The position numbers and the translations under genes were made by a program. Source: Klebsormidium nitens (taxonomy: Eukaryota; Plantae; Klebsormidiophyceae). Taken from it: a stretch of 33,284 nt of DNA. The notes under the pieces are model-generated. The model ran no database searches. It was given only the letters and a program-made list of their open reading frames with translations, and was not told the origin of the DNA. This document shows positions 11,072 through 19,351 of this stretch, piece by piece. The number at the start of each line of letters is the position of its first letter. The stretch's first letter is position 1. The stretch lies in NCBI GenBank assembly GCA_000708835.1, contig DF237558.1, positions 1 through 33,284 on the forward strand. The letters are read 5' to 3'.

Positions 11072-12046
11072 CTATTTCTTGTTCACGTCAGGATCATAGT
11101 GAATCTGAGATTTCCTGTAGACCCTCTTCATTTCCTTATACATCCTATAAGTTGCACTTACGTCTACTCTAGGGTCGATAGGTACTGAGCAGTTCTCTGG
11201 ATCAGGACAGCAGTGAAGCATGTCAACATGGTCTTTACAGAACGGTAGTCCATTGAGGGAATACATAACCTGTTTAACTTTGCACCGTCCGAACATGCAA
11301 GGTGGTGAAAAATCCCCGTACTTAGCACCAAGTTCCCTGAACCGCTTTGCTTTGGGAAACTTAATCACTCCAACATTAGGCCACCGAGGTTGTTGCTGGG
11401 GTTGAGGATTGGGTTGCTGCTGGGGTTGGGGATTGGGTTGCTGCTGGGGTTGGGGATTGGGTTGCTGCTGGGGTTGGGGATTGGGTTGCTGCTGAGGTTG
11501 GGGATTGGGTTGCTGCTGGGGGTGCTGCTGGGGGTGCTGCTGGGGTTGCTCCTCTCCTTGGGGATTGGGTTGCTGCTCTGCTTGCTGCTCTCCCTGCTGC
11601 TGATTTACTTCTTCCCCGTCATCTCCTACTGATTCTTGGTCAGATCTGACCCCAAAATTCAGATGAGAACCATCTGGACGCTGAGTACCATCTATATAAA
11701 AGTTTCCTACGAGAAGTCGAAGCAATCTGACCAGGAAGTATGTGCGTGTTTGATAGATGTAGAGCCGTGCTTGAGCTGCAATTGTCTCGGGAGGAGTCAG
11801 TGGCTGGTGTCTGTTCTCTACAGAATACCAGAAGGCGTCGAACTCAGCATCTGCGAGAGCCCTCCTTAATCTAAAGCGGATTCGCCTTGCTGCCCAATAT
11901 GTGAACAGTCCAAGCAGCCAGCCGGCAAAGAACCATCCCAGCACTATCCTTGTTGCAGAATAATGCTCGCCATCCACAACGAACACATCCCATATCTGCT
12001 TCACGATATTTGGAGGGGCTGGACACTGCTGCTGAGAGTCCGCCAT
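11072..12046 (-). CDS. Predicted single-pass membrane protein with Q/P/N repeats and a Cys-rich C-terminus, ~324 aa
   Basis: First ATG at 12046 (MADSQQQ). Hydrophobic segment IVLGWFFAGWLLGLFTYWAA is followed by RRIRFRLRR, then (QQQPNPQP)x5 and a Cys/His cluster (CMFGRC...FCKDH...HCC...C). Confidence 0.7.
   Translation of the reverse strand: MADSQQQCPAPPNIVKQIWDVFVVDGEHYSATRIVLGWFFAGWLLGLFTYWAARRIRFRLRRALADAEFDAFWYSVENRHQPLTPPETIAAQARLYIYQTRTYFLVRLLRLLVGNFYIDGTQRPDGSHLNFGVRSDQESVGDDGEEVNQQQGEQQAEQQPNPQGEEQPQQHPQQHPQQQPNPQPQQQPNPQPQQQPNPQPQQQPNPQPQQQPNPQPQQQPRWPNVGVIKFPKAKRFRELGAKYGDFSPPCMFGRCKVKQVMYSLNGLPFCKDHVDMLHCCPDPENCSVPIDPRVDVSATYRMYKEMKRVYRKSQIHYDPDVNKK
11388..11580. repeat. 24-bp coding tandem repeat (QQQPNPQP) x5 plus degenerate units
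   Basis: gggttg(g/a)ggattgggttgctgct(g) units run in tandem from ~11398 to ~11518, flanked by 12-bp QQHP units. Confidence 0.9.
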
Positions 12047-12086
12047 TGTCCTTGCTTGCTCCTCGCAGAATGCCTTCCTCTTCGCA

Positions 12087-12226
12087 AATGGTTTCTCAGA
12101 ATGACTTGCTGGAAAGAATGGTTTCCCAGAAATCATTCTGCCCGTGAAACGATTTCCGCAAAACGATTCTGAGTCTCAAATGATTTTCAAAAATGATTTC
12201 CACCGTCAGATATTGACAAAATCATT
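12087..12226. repeat. Cluster of nine AAYGRYTY motifs upstream of the membrane-protein gene
   Basis: Copies at 12087, 12100, 12117, 12130 (reverse), 12148, 12162, 12179, 12192 and 12218 (reverse). TTTCCACCGTC also occurs twice. Confidence 0.6.
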
Positions 12227-12327
12227 TCCACCGTCCGATCTAGGGTTCTGGCAACCGAAAAGGGCGGTCACGCGGTCGGCGGTTTCAACCGCTGAAAGAA
12301 AAAAGGAAAACCGTCGACGCTCGGAGT

Positions 12328-12618
12328 CTACGGAGTATTAGATAAGAACGACGACGCCATGTGAGCTCGCTGAAGCCCAGTGTCGACACGGTCTGCACCG
12401 CGACCAATACCTCTGATTACTTTATTCACTGCCTCAGCACCGCGAGCTCCTTTAGTACCACCAATCGCAGAACCCAAGTGACTGCTCAAGTGCTGCAGAA
12501 GTGGACTAGTACTGTGGAAAATATTGTTTGCATGGTGAACTCCGATCGCCGCTCTTTTCAAAACGTTCTGCCCAAAGTGCAATCCTTTCTAAAGAGTCTT
12601 TCCTAAGCTTCCGAACAT
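12328..12618 (-). pseudogene. Small basic amphipathic-helix protein (96 codons) interrupted by an in-frame TAG
   Basis: ATG at 12618 gives MFGSLGKTL*KGLHFGQNVLKRAAIG...; the TAG is at 12591-12589 and the frame stays open to 12328. The ATG has the same TTATAAAC leader as the MCP gene. Confidence 0.7.
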
Positions 12619-12638
12619 GTTTATAACTTATGATTAGA

Positions 12639-13478
12639 TTATTTACGCATGTACTTACTGATAAATCCGACCTTCTTCATGGAAACCAGATTTTTCATAG
12701 CAAGTAACATTTCATTTTTCTTTTCTTTGTAAGTTGTCATCTTTAGGACAAGGGTAAAATCGTTGATCTGTGGCAGACTGTTCCGTTGGAGGTCTGTAAT
12801 CTCCACATGCAATTGACTTATGTTCTTATCTTGGAGCTGGAGCTCGTATGGTGCTCCGACAATATAGTTAAACGGAGAGAACGCTTGACTGGTCGACCAG
12901 GGTATTAAACCCAGAATGGTAGAGTTTACTACTTGCCCGTTGCTAAAATTATCATAAGTCTGCCTCGCCAGACTCATTCCGTACATGTGAATGGCGATGT
13001 TGTTAACAGAGAATCTGAAGTCCAGCACTTGAGTGCTGTGGATCGTACTGCTTATGCTGCTGGTCAGACTCGTGAATCCAAATGTCTGAGCGTGTGTTGG
13101 GTTCTCAAAACTAATCTGATAATTTTCAGTGAAATTGAAAGAAAGTATCTTCTGATTCCTCATGTACAAACACTTGCAAGATGAGAACTGAGCGGAGACT
13201 TGGGCAGCAAAATCAACGTAGTTGTATGTCCCGCTTAAGATGTTTACCTCTGTCGTTATTCCTGTGCTAATCTGATGGAAAAAAATGGTATTGTTGGTAT
13301 CATTAATCACGTAAGCATCATTACGGTTAAAGCAACAAAGCAAAAGCGAGATGCTCATTGTTTCGTCGTTTTCGCAGGTTAAAACATTGATGTCAAAATT
13401 AAACGTCTGTATGGTCTGCGAGCTGTCTGAATTCAGGTACACTATCTGAGTCCCAATCACCTCTGTCGTGTCTGTCAT
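12639..13478 (-). CDS. Minor capsid (penton) protein, 279 aa
   Basis: Beta-rich. Has the N-terminal IVYLNSD..TFNF pattern, an insertion with ILSGTYNYVDF, and the C-terminal ISQLHVEITDLQRNSLPQINDFTLVLKM pattern typical of PLV/Polinton single-jelly-roll pentons. Lies next to the ATPase and MCP. Confidence 0.75.
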   Translation of the reverse strand: MTDTTEVIGTQIVYLNSDSSQTIQTFNFDINVLTCENDETMSISLLLCCFNRNDAYVINDTNNTIFFHQISTGITTEVNILSGTYNYVDFAAQVSAQFSSCKCLYMRNQKILSFNFTENYQISFENPTHAQTFGFTSLTSSISSTIHSTQVLDFRFSVNNIAIHMYGMSLARQTYDNFSNGQVVNSTILGLIPWSTSQAFSPFNYIVGAPYELQLQDKNISQLHVEITDLQRNSLPQINDFTLVLKMTTYKEKKNEMLLAMKNLVSMKKVGFISKYMRK

Positions 13479-13490
13479 ATTACCTTATAT

Positions 13491-13589
13491 TTAGATTTTC
13501 ATACCCATCGTAGAACATTTGAAGCCATATATTGCTTGAATAATGCATCTCACACCGTCGTCGCCAACGTGCTTACACTTCCCAGGCAT
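13491..13589 (-). pseudogene. Internally deleted third copy of the Cys/His-repeat nuclease gene
   Basis: Reads MPGKCKHVGDDGVRCIIQAIYGFKC, 15/24 identical to the N-terminus of ORF 18296. It is fused out of frame to TTC TAC GAT GGG TAT (FYDGY), the C-terminus of ORF 18296. It keeps the CAAGATG start context and an upstream AAAAAAATCGATTTT motif (13619-13634). Confidence 0.85.
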
Positions 13590-13640
13590 CTTGACACTCT
13601 GGTCTCAGAGTCTCTAATAAAAATCGATTTTTTTCTGCGA

Positions 13641-14113
13641 TCATATTTTTTCCATTATGAGAGTAAGCTGCCAGTTCGCTGTGATTGGTGTTGTGCTGGT
13701 ATACCTGGATAGTTCGACAGTGATGGTCTTATTAGCAAAGAGACTAGAGTCCGTGATAACCAGTGGTCTCAAATCCTTTTGCAGATGATTTCCTAGCACA
13801 CTGCACAGTGTCGAATCGTTGTTTCGATTGTACGAAGCAAAAGATCTAGTCTGCATCAGCTCCAAGATTGCCACGTTCGTAATCGTATTCACTGTTCCCT
13901 CGATCAAGAATTTTCAACGAAGAGGTGGTAATTTCCTTCTGCCACCAGATTCGGAACGTCCACGTGGAATACGAATTGGTTGTTCATCCCGTTAGACAGA
14001 GCGTCCTGACTGTCCAGAATGATCTTGTAAGGGCGGGGGGTTGGTATTCCAATGAAAGAGTCGTGCTTTAATGAACTATAAGTGTTGGCATATGCAATTT
14101 GCCTGTTCTCCAT
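13641..14113 (-). pseudogene. Second, compact penton-like protein (~157 aa) split by a 1-nt deletion
   Basis: ORFs 14113-13904 and 13907-13641 join if one base is added at GAAAATTCTTG (~13910). The fused product has YKIILDSQD...FVFHV at the start and TITVEL...NWQLTLIM at the end, paralleling the adjacent penton. Confidence 0.62.
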
Positions 14114-14133
14114 TTAATCTTTTGCTTCGATTT

Positions 14134-14487
14134 TTATTTGACTGTTTTTTTCAACTTGTCTTCCAATCGTTTCTTCTTAGCGTGAGCTTTGTTCATCCTT
14201 TCGAGACTGACCCCCTCGTCGATAGCAAAGACTGAAGCAAGCATGTTTGCATAAGCGTCCTCGATCGAAGGGTCGAATTCCTTCAACTCTTTGAGTGCTC
14301 TCTCATGCCGTTCTTGTCTCTTATCCATTTCCAGCAATTCTTCCTTCGTAAACTCAGCACGCTCCGCGACTTTCGTTTCGCTCTCCACTTTGATTGCTTC
14401 GATCTCCTGCTCTATCTTTTGAATTTCCAGAGCGGTCTCTTCTTCCTTTAGAATGTCCAGCAGTGTGTCCTCACTTAGTTTAGTCAT
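14134..14487 (-). CDS. Hypothetical coiled-coil protein, ~117 aa
   Basis: ATG at 14487 (MTKLSEDTLL); E/K-rich heptad-like sequence. Confidence 0.7.
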   Translation of the reverse strand: MTKLSEDTLLDILKEEETALEIQKIEQEIEAIKVESETKVAERAEFTKEELLEMDKRQERHERALKELKEFDPSIEDAYANMLASVFAIDEGVSLERMNKAHAKKKRLEDKLKKTVK

Positions 14488-14512
14488 AGTTATTATATGA
14501 TGATAAAATAAA

Positions 14513-15391
14513 ATGACGATTAAGACGAAGTCGCTGAAGCATCTGGTGCTCAAGGAACTTAAAAACAATAAACCTTTGTACCAAGACGTCCCCTTCCCAA
14601 AAGATTTGTTTGTTCCTTATGGTTTGGTCTCGTTGATAGGAGGTCTTGGAAGTGGAAAGACGACCTACCTACTGAAGACGCTTCAGTTGTACGAGACAAC
14701 GAAGACCTTCGACAAGATCTTTTACTATTCGCCCACCATAGGTTATGAGGAAAAGCGTGAGTATCTGCCTGAGTGCACCGAGGTCTTTGAAGATTTCACC
14801 CTTGACCTGTTTTTAAAGCACAAAGAATTCATCAGAAAGGAGATCGAGGATTACAAGATTGTTATATACTACATGGAGATCTACTACAAAGCCATGAGAG
14901 GTCAGCATATATCACATTCTGAACAACTTATTCTCGAGAGCAACGACTACGAACCTATGACTACTGATTACAAGCATATGCCCTGCTTCTGTATGGTCTA
15001 TGATGACCTACAATCAAACAGATTGATTTATTCGCCTAACATGAAGACGTCCGTGAGTCAATTTTTTTTAAATTGTCGTCATTTCAATACCATGTGTATC
15101 TTCTCCTGCCAGACGTTTAAGAATGCCATTCCAAAACAATTGAAAAGCAATATTGCGGTCTACATCTTGTTTAAATGCAAAGCATTGAAGCAGCAAAAGG
15201 ATATTGCAGAAGATCTGGTCGGTGTATGTCCAGTTGAGACCTTCGTTGCGTGTTGGAACTGGGCTTGTGAGGTCAAGTACAGTGCTTTTGTGATGGACAG
15301 AAACGCTGACGAACACCTGATGTTTAGACGGAACTTCGACACTCAGATTATACTGGATGATAAGGACGTGAATTTTCATAAAGAAAAATAA
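14513..15391 (+). CDS. A32/FtsK-HerA family genome-packaging ATPase, 292 aa
   Basis: Walker A GGLGSGKT, Walker B CMVYDD, arginine-finger motif CRHFN, then FSCQ (conserved Q) - the layout of PLV/NCLDV packaging ATPases. Confidence 0.92.
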   Translation: MTIKTKSLKHLVLKELKNNKPLYQDVPFPKDLFVPYGLVSLIGGLGSGKTTYLLKTLQLYETTKTFDKIFYYSPTIGYEEKREYLPECTEVFEDFTLDLFLKHKEFIRKEIEDYKIVIYYMEIYYKAMRGQHISHSEQLILESNDYEPMTTDYKHMPCFCMVYDDLQSNRLIYSPNMKTSVSQFFLNCRHFNTMCIFSCQTFKNAIPKQLKSNIAVYILFKCKALKQQKDIAEDLVGVCPVETFVACWNWACEVKYSAFVMDRNADEHLMFRRNFDTQIILDDKDVNFHKEK

Positions 15392-15412
15392 ATCATGACG
15401 GTTATTCATCAA

Positions 15413-15724
15413 TCATTCCATTTCCTTAATACGCTCTATGATTTCCGAATCTTTCTCGGTATAAATCCAAGCCTTGAACATCGAGTGCAATCTTTTGTGG
15501 TCGAGCAACTTCATTCCATTGACGTATTCATACGGGTGTTGATCTTTGAATAGTTCAACTACATCATCCATCCTCTCGCTCACTAATTTGTCATTTACTT
15601 TGATACCAAAACTAACTTCATAGACTATTATCGAATCGTTCTCTTCGTCTTCATAATAGTCATCAACGGTAGTCTCGACTATCTCGTATGAATTCGCCAT
15701 TGCTTTAACTATCCGATTTGTCAT
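15413..15724 (-). CDS. Hypothetical acidic protein, ~103 aa
   Basis: ATG ORF filling the gap between the ATPase and the next unit; no recognisable motif. Confidence 0.6.
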   Translation of the reverse strand: MTNRIVKAMANSYEIVETTVDDYYEDEENDSIIVYEVSFGIKVNDKLVSERMDDVVELFKDQHPYEYVNGMKLLDHKRLHSMFKAWIYTEKDSEIIERIKEME

Positions 15725-15760
15725 GGAAAAATAAAAAGTTTTTTTTGAGGGGTTTCGTTC

Positions 15761-16097
15761 TTAGCTCAAATCAACACCTGGGCGTAGTTTCTTTGGTGAG
15801 CCAATGCAACGTACCTTACATGCATCTATGTACATCTGTGGATTGTCGCCCTTGGGTGGATCAGCAAACCCGTGCCCAAATCTACTTGTGGTGTCAGATT
15901 CCACCAACTTGTTTCCGTGGCGAAGGTTAGCATTGAAGAACTGCCCGTTAAATCTGCAACGCCTGCACGCGAATCTCCTCGTCTCTATCTTTTTTGGTGA
16001 AGTGGTTGTTAATTGTCTTCATGGGTACAGTAGGTTCAGGATAAAGGACACTTTTCGTTAACCCAGCGGTCGCGAATGGATACGGTGATATGCTCAT
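15761..16097 (-). pseudogene. Possible ~111-aa protein broken by a +1 frameshift
   Basis: ATG 16097 (MSISPYPFATAGL...) has a TTATAAAG leader and stops at 15948. The +1 frame continues FNGQFFNANLRHGNKLVESD...GVDLS to TAA at 15761. Confidence 0.45.
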
Positions 16098-16139
16098 ACT
16101 TTATAATAAAGTGAGATTTAAAAAAAAAGAAGTGGATGA

Positions 16140-17474
16140 TCACCACACGACCCTCAAGTTCCTCCCTGCACCGACCTCAAGGATACCATCACAGCATGCG
16201 AAAACGTACGGAAGGTATGAACCAGTACCAGCCTGTCCATCCATGTTAGACCAACCAGAGTTGGGAGCAACAGGGGCGGGTAGGGTATAACCGCTCCCGA
16301 CCGTCTGCCAGGCGAGTTGTACTTGATTCCCTGACGTATCCGTTCCACTGATCCACCTGTCAGAAGGACGGCTCGGTTGATCAAAACTGACCATGTGGGC
16401 GAAATAATTTTTCTGGAAGTTAGTCAGGTTGCTCATGGTCGACGTAATATGTGTGCCCGCTATATCCTTGGTCAGACCAAGAACGTCAAGGTTGTTCTCA
16501 TAAATCTCGATGGGCGTCGCAGGCATTGATGGATATTGCACACTGTTCAGAGTGAAGACCGAGGTCGACACGTCATGTCCAACGGAGGTGAAAGCGGTAG
16601 AAGAACCTGTCACGGTGTCAAGGAAACCACCTTGATAGGTTGCACCATTCAAAAAACCACCGATCACATGAGAGAGACTCTTAGAGTTGACTGGAACTTT
16701 GATCGTCTGGTTGGGTGAGCCAGCAATAGCAGATGTTGAGAAGAAATTGTAGTACTTGAAAGGCAGTTGGAGAGGGGCACGAGACATCTCAGACTCGAGA
16801 TCGCTCATGTAGCCTGAGTCGCCAAAAGACCACATGTCTACCGTGCACTTCAGGTTATTCAGAATGACGTTCTGGAAACCGCTTACGGAAGGAAGGTAAA
16901 GTTCGCTGTTGCTGGCACTCATCTTCAGAGCATTGATCCAGGGTTGAGCCACGGTCAGAGCAACACGTACCTCACCAATGACCTGCGTCGAGATGACACG
17001 GGGTTGGATGGACTCGAGCACTTCGCCGAAGTTGGTTAGGCAGAAGGTCGTCGAGGTATTGGCAGTTCCTACAGCAGGAGCAGCAGTTCCAGCAGGACGC
17101 ACGTCAGTTGCTTTGAGAAGAGCGTTGTTCTTGGTGAAACGCCTCTTGAACGTGTCGTTCGCCATCCAGTTCAATTTAATGTTGTTCAGAAGGTTCAGGT
17201 TCTGAGTTCCAGGCACTACTGCTGTACCATTGATCTGAAGTTGGATGTTGGTGAACAGAGACTCGACGTTCGGGGGTGCGAAGTTGGTCGAGTCGAGCTT
17301 GTAGTCAAAATAGAGGCGAAGGCTATCTAACGCAATCGTCCCTGAAGGAAGCACGAAGGTGATCGTCTGACCAGATTGCACGTTCTGGGTCTGGGTCGGG
17401 TAAAAGGTGAACTTGTTCTTTGAGAAGTCTTTTACGATCTGGCATCCGTACTTCAGAGAAGGATGGATAGGCAT
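16140..17474 (-). CDS. Major capsid protein (double jelly-roll, PLV type), 444 aa
   Basis: N-terminal SKNKFTFYP...GQTITFVLPSGTIALDSLRLYFD matches the PLV MCP pattern. Size, beta-rich composition, FTLNSVQYPS in the second roll, and proximity to the ATPase and penton agree. Confidence 0.88.
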   Translation of the reverse strand: MPIHPSLKYGCQIVKDFSKNKFTFYPTQTQNVQSGQTITFVLPSGTIALDSLRLYFDYKLDSTNFAPPNVESLFTNIQLQINGTAVVPGTQNLNLLNNIKLNWMANDTFKRRFTKNNALLKATDVRPAGTAAPAVGTANTSTTFCLTNFGEVLESIQPRVISTQVIGEVRVALTVAQPWINALKMSASNSELYLPSVSGFQNVILNNLKCTVDMWSFGDSGYMSDLESEMSRAPLQLPFKYYNFFSTSAIAGSPNQTIKVPVNSKSLSHVIGGFLNGATYQGGFLDTVTGSSTAFTSVGHDVSTSVFTLNSVQYPSMPATPIEIYENNLDVLGLTKDIAGTHITSTMSNLTNFQKNYFAHMVSFDQPSRPSDRWISGTDTSGNQVQLAWQTVGSGYTLPAPVAPNSGWSNMDGQAGTGSYLPYVFACCDGILEVGAGRNLRVVW

Positions 17475-17502
17475 TGTTTATAATCTTCGTGCAGATAATT
17501 AT

Positions 17503-18237
17503 TCAGACCACGTACATAATATCCGTTTCCATCATATCATTTAATTCCAACCAAGCGGACTTGATATTTTTGTATGGTTCGCCCGTTGTTCTGTTCACGA
17601 CTCCCAATTCTGACGCAAACCTCAAAAGTCGTTTCCTAAGTTCCGCTTTCTCCTTTACTTTCCTTTTTATTATACTTTGCTCGTATGCTTCGGTCAGTTC
17701 AAACCATTCCTTTCTGAAAGGAGTCAGATCGACTTTCTCTATTGTGAGAGGAATCTCCTGTGGTGCTTTTTCTTTCGACTTGCTACGGGTTCTTCTAGGA
17801 GATACGACCTCGCTCTGTTCTTCCTCCGCTTCTTTCCTTGACTGTTCTTCTGCATATCTAATTGCTTCTTCCTCTGCTTCTCTTCTACGTGCTTCTTCCT
17901 CTGCTTGTCTCTCGTGCTCCGCCCATTTCTTAAATTGAGCCTCCTGGAACTTCCGCTTCAATTCTTGCAGTCTTTCCAATTCAATCTTCTCCTGTTGCTG
18001 CTGTATCTCGAGTTTCTTTTTCTGTAATTTTAGTTTTTTCTCCTTGATCAGGTCTTTCATCAACCTGTTAAAGAATGCTGACTGGGACTGAGGTTGGTCA
18101 TTGGCACTTATAAACTCCTCCCACCCGCTTGGTAAATCCTCGCCAGCGTGTACCACAGGAAAGGGCGTGATCTCTAGTGCTCTTATACTTCCCACGGGCA
18201 TGGAGGGGATGAAATCACAATCACAGCGTCTGTCCAT
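17503..18237 (-). CDS. Hypothetical coiled-coil protein, ~244 aa
   Basis: Likely start at ATG 18237 (MDRRCDCDF), since the longer track start overlaps ORF 18296. Long E/K/Q/R-rich central helix. Confidence 0.7.
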   Translation of the reverse strand: MDRRCDCDFIPSMPVGSIRALEITPFPVVHAGEDLPSGWEEFISANDQPQSQSAFFNRLMKDLIKEKKLKLQKKKLEIQQQQEKIELERLQELKRKFQEAQFKKWAEHERQAEEEARRREAEEEAIRYAEEQSRKEAEEEQSEVVSPRRTRSKSKEKAPQEIPLTIEKVDLTPFRKEWFELTEAYEQSIIKRKVKEKAELRKRLLRFASELGVVNRTTGEPYKNIKSAWLELNDMMETDIMYVV

Positions 18238-18295
18238 TAAGGTCTCGAGAGAAAAAAATTGAATTTTACTTAGGATGGGAGGATAGCGAGACAAG

Positions 18296-19351
18296 ATGCC
18301 GTCGAGGTGCAAACACATTGGCAATGATGGGGTGAAATGCACCACTCAAGCTACATATGGTTTTCAACGACCGCCTCAAAGATGCGGAACGCATAAACAG
18401 ACAGGGATGAAGGATGTTCATAGCCGAAAATGCGGACATGATGGATGCGAATCATTAAAACCAAGTTTTAACGACGCTGGGAAGAAGACTGGGCGGCTAT
18501 GTGGAGAGCATAAAAAACCAGGAATGATAAACGTTGCTGAAAGAAGACGGTGCAGACATGATGGTTGTGTCAAGGTGTCATGCTTTAATGAGTCTGGACA
18601 GAAGAAGGGTATATTTTGTGAAACGCACGCACTGCCAGGAATGAAGGATGTTAGAAATTCTAAATGCAAACATGGTGGGTGCGAAATACAACCAAATTTC
18701 AACATTCCTGGAAAGAAGAAAGGTGAGTACTGTGAAACTCACGCTGATCCAGAAATGACAAATGTTAAGTCTCCACGATGCAAGTCCGACCATTGCAACA
18801 TGATCATTTCAAACAAGTTCGAAGGATATTGCTTTTACTGCTTCATCAACCTTCACCCCGACGAGCCACTCGTGAGAAATTGTCTGGTCAAGGAACTTGT
18901 TCTGAAAAAAGCCTTGAGCGAAGGGTTGAAAGACAACAGATTTGTTCACAACAAATCCATTCGGGTCGAGATCGAATATGGTATTTACTCCTACAAACGC
19001 CCCGACTTCTACTTCGAAGAAGACGACCATGTCATCATCATCGAAAACGACGAAAATCAACACAAAGATTCTCACTACTCCGACGAACCTGGAAGATATG
19101 ACGCCATCTGCAGAGCCCTGAAGAAGCGTGTCGTCGTTCTTCGCTTCAATCCCGACAAGTACCTCGACAAGGATCAGAATAGACATGTGTCATGCTTCGC
19201 TACAAACAAGGAGACCCGTATCATGTATTTGAAGAACAAACCTGAATACGAGAGGCGGGTTTCTAAACTCGTCGAGAGATTCCTGCACCACGCCAACAAT
19301 GCACCGACCAAGGAGTTCACGGAGGAGAAGTTGTTCTATGACGGTTATTGA
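18296..19351 (+). CDS. EsV-1-7-like Cys/His repeats fused to a PD-(D/E)XK (Vsr/DUF559-like) endonuclease, 351 aa; intact copy
   Basis: Four units of C-x4-C...FN...C-x2-H (one N-terminal variant plus three ~38-40-aa units), then CxxxxC...YCFYC, then RPDF...IIIENDENQH...VVVLRFNPD. AAAAAAATTGAATTTTAC at 18252-18269 lies just upstream. Confidence 0.82.
   Translation: MPSRCKHIGNDGVKCTTQATYGFQRPPQRCGTHKQTGMKDVHSRKCGHDGCESLKPSFNDAGKKTGRLCGEHKKPGMINVAERRRCRHDGCVKVSCFNESGQKKGIFCETHALPGMKDVRNSKCKHGGCEIQPNFNIPGKKKGEYCETHADPEMTNVKSPRCKSDHCNMIISNKFEGYCFYCFINLHPDEPLVRNCLVKELVLKKALSEGLKDNRFVHNKSIRVEIEYGIYSYKRPDFYFEEDDHVIIIENDENQHKDSHYSDEPGRYDAICRALKKRVVVLRFNPDKYLDKDQNRHVSCFATNKETRIMYLKNKPEYERRVSKLVERFLHHANNAPTKEFTEEKLFYDGY

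Noticed and set aside
15058-15069. AAAAAAATTGA on the minus strand inside the ATPase gene
   Set aside because: It lies within coding sequence (SQFFLN), lacks the ATTTT extension and has no suitably placed ATG downstream; probably chance.
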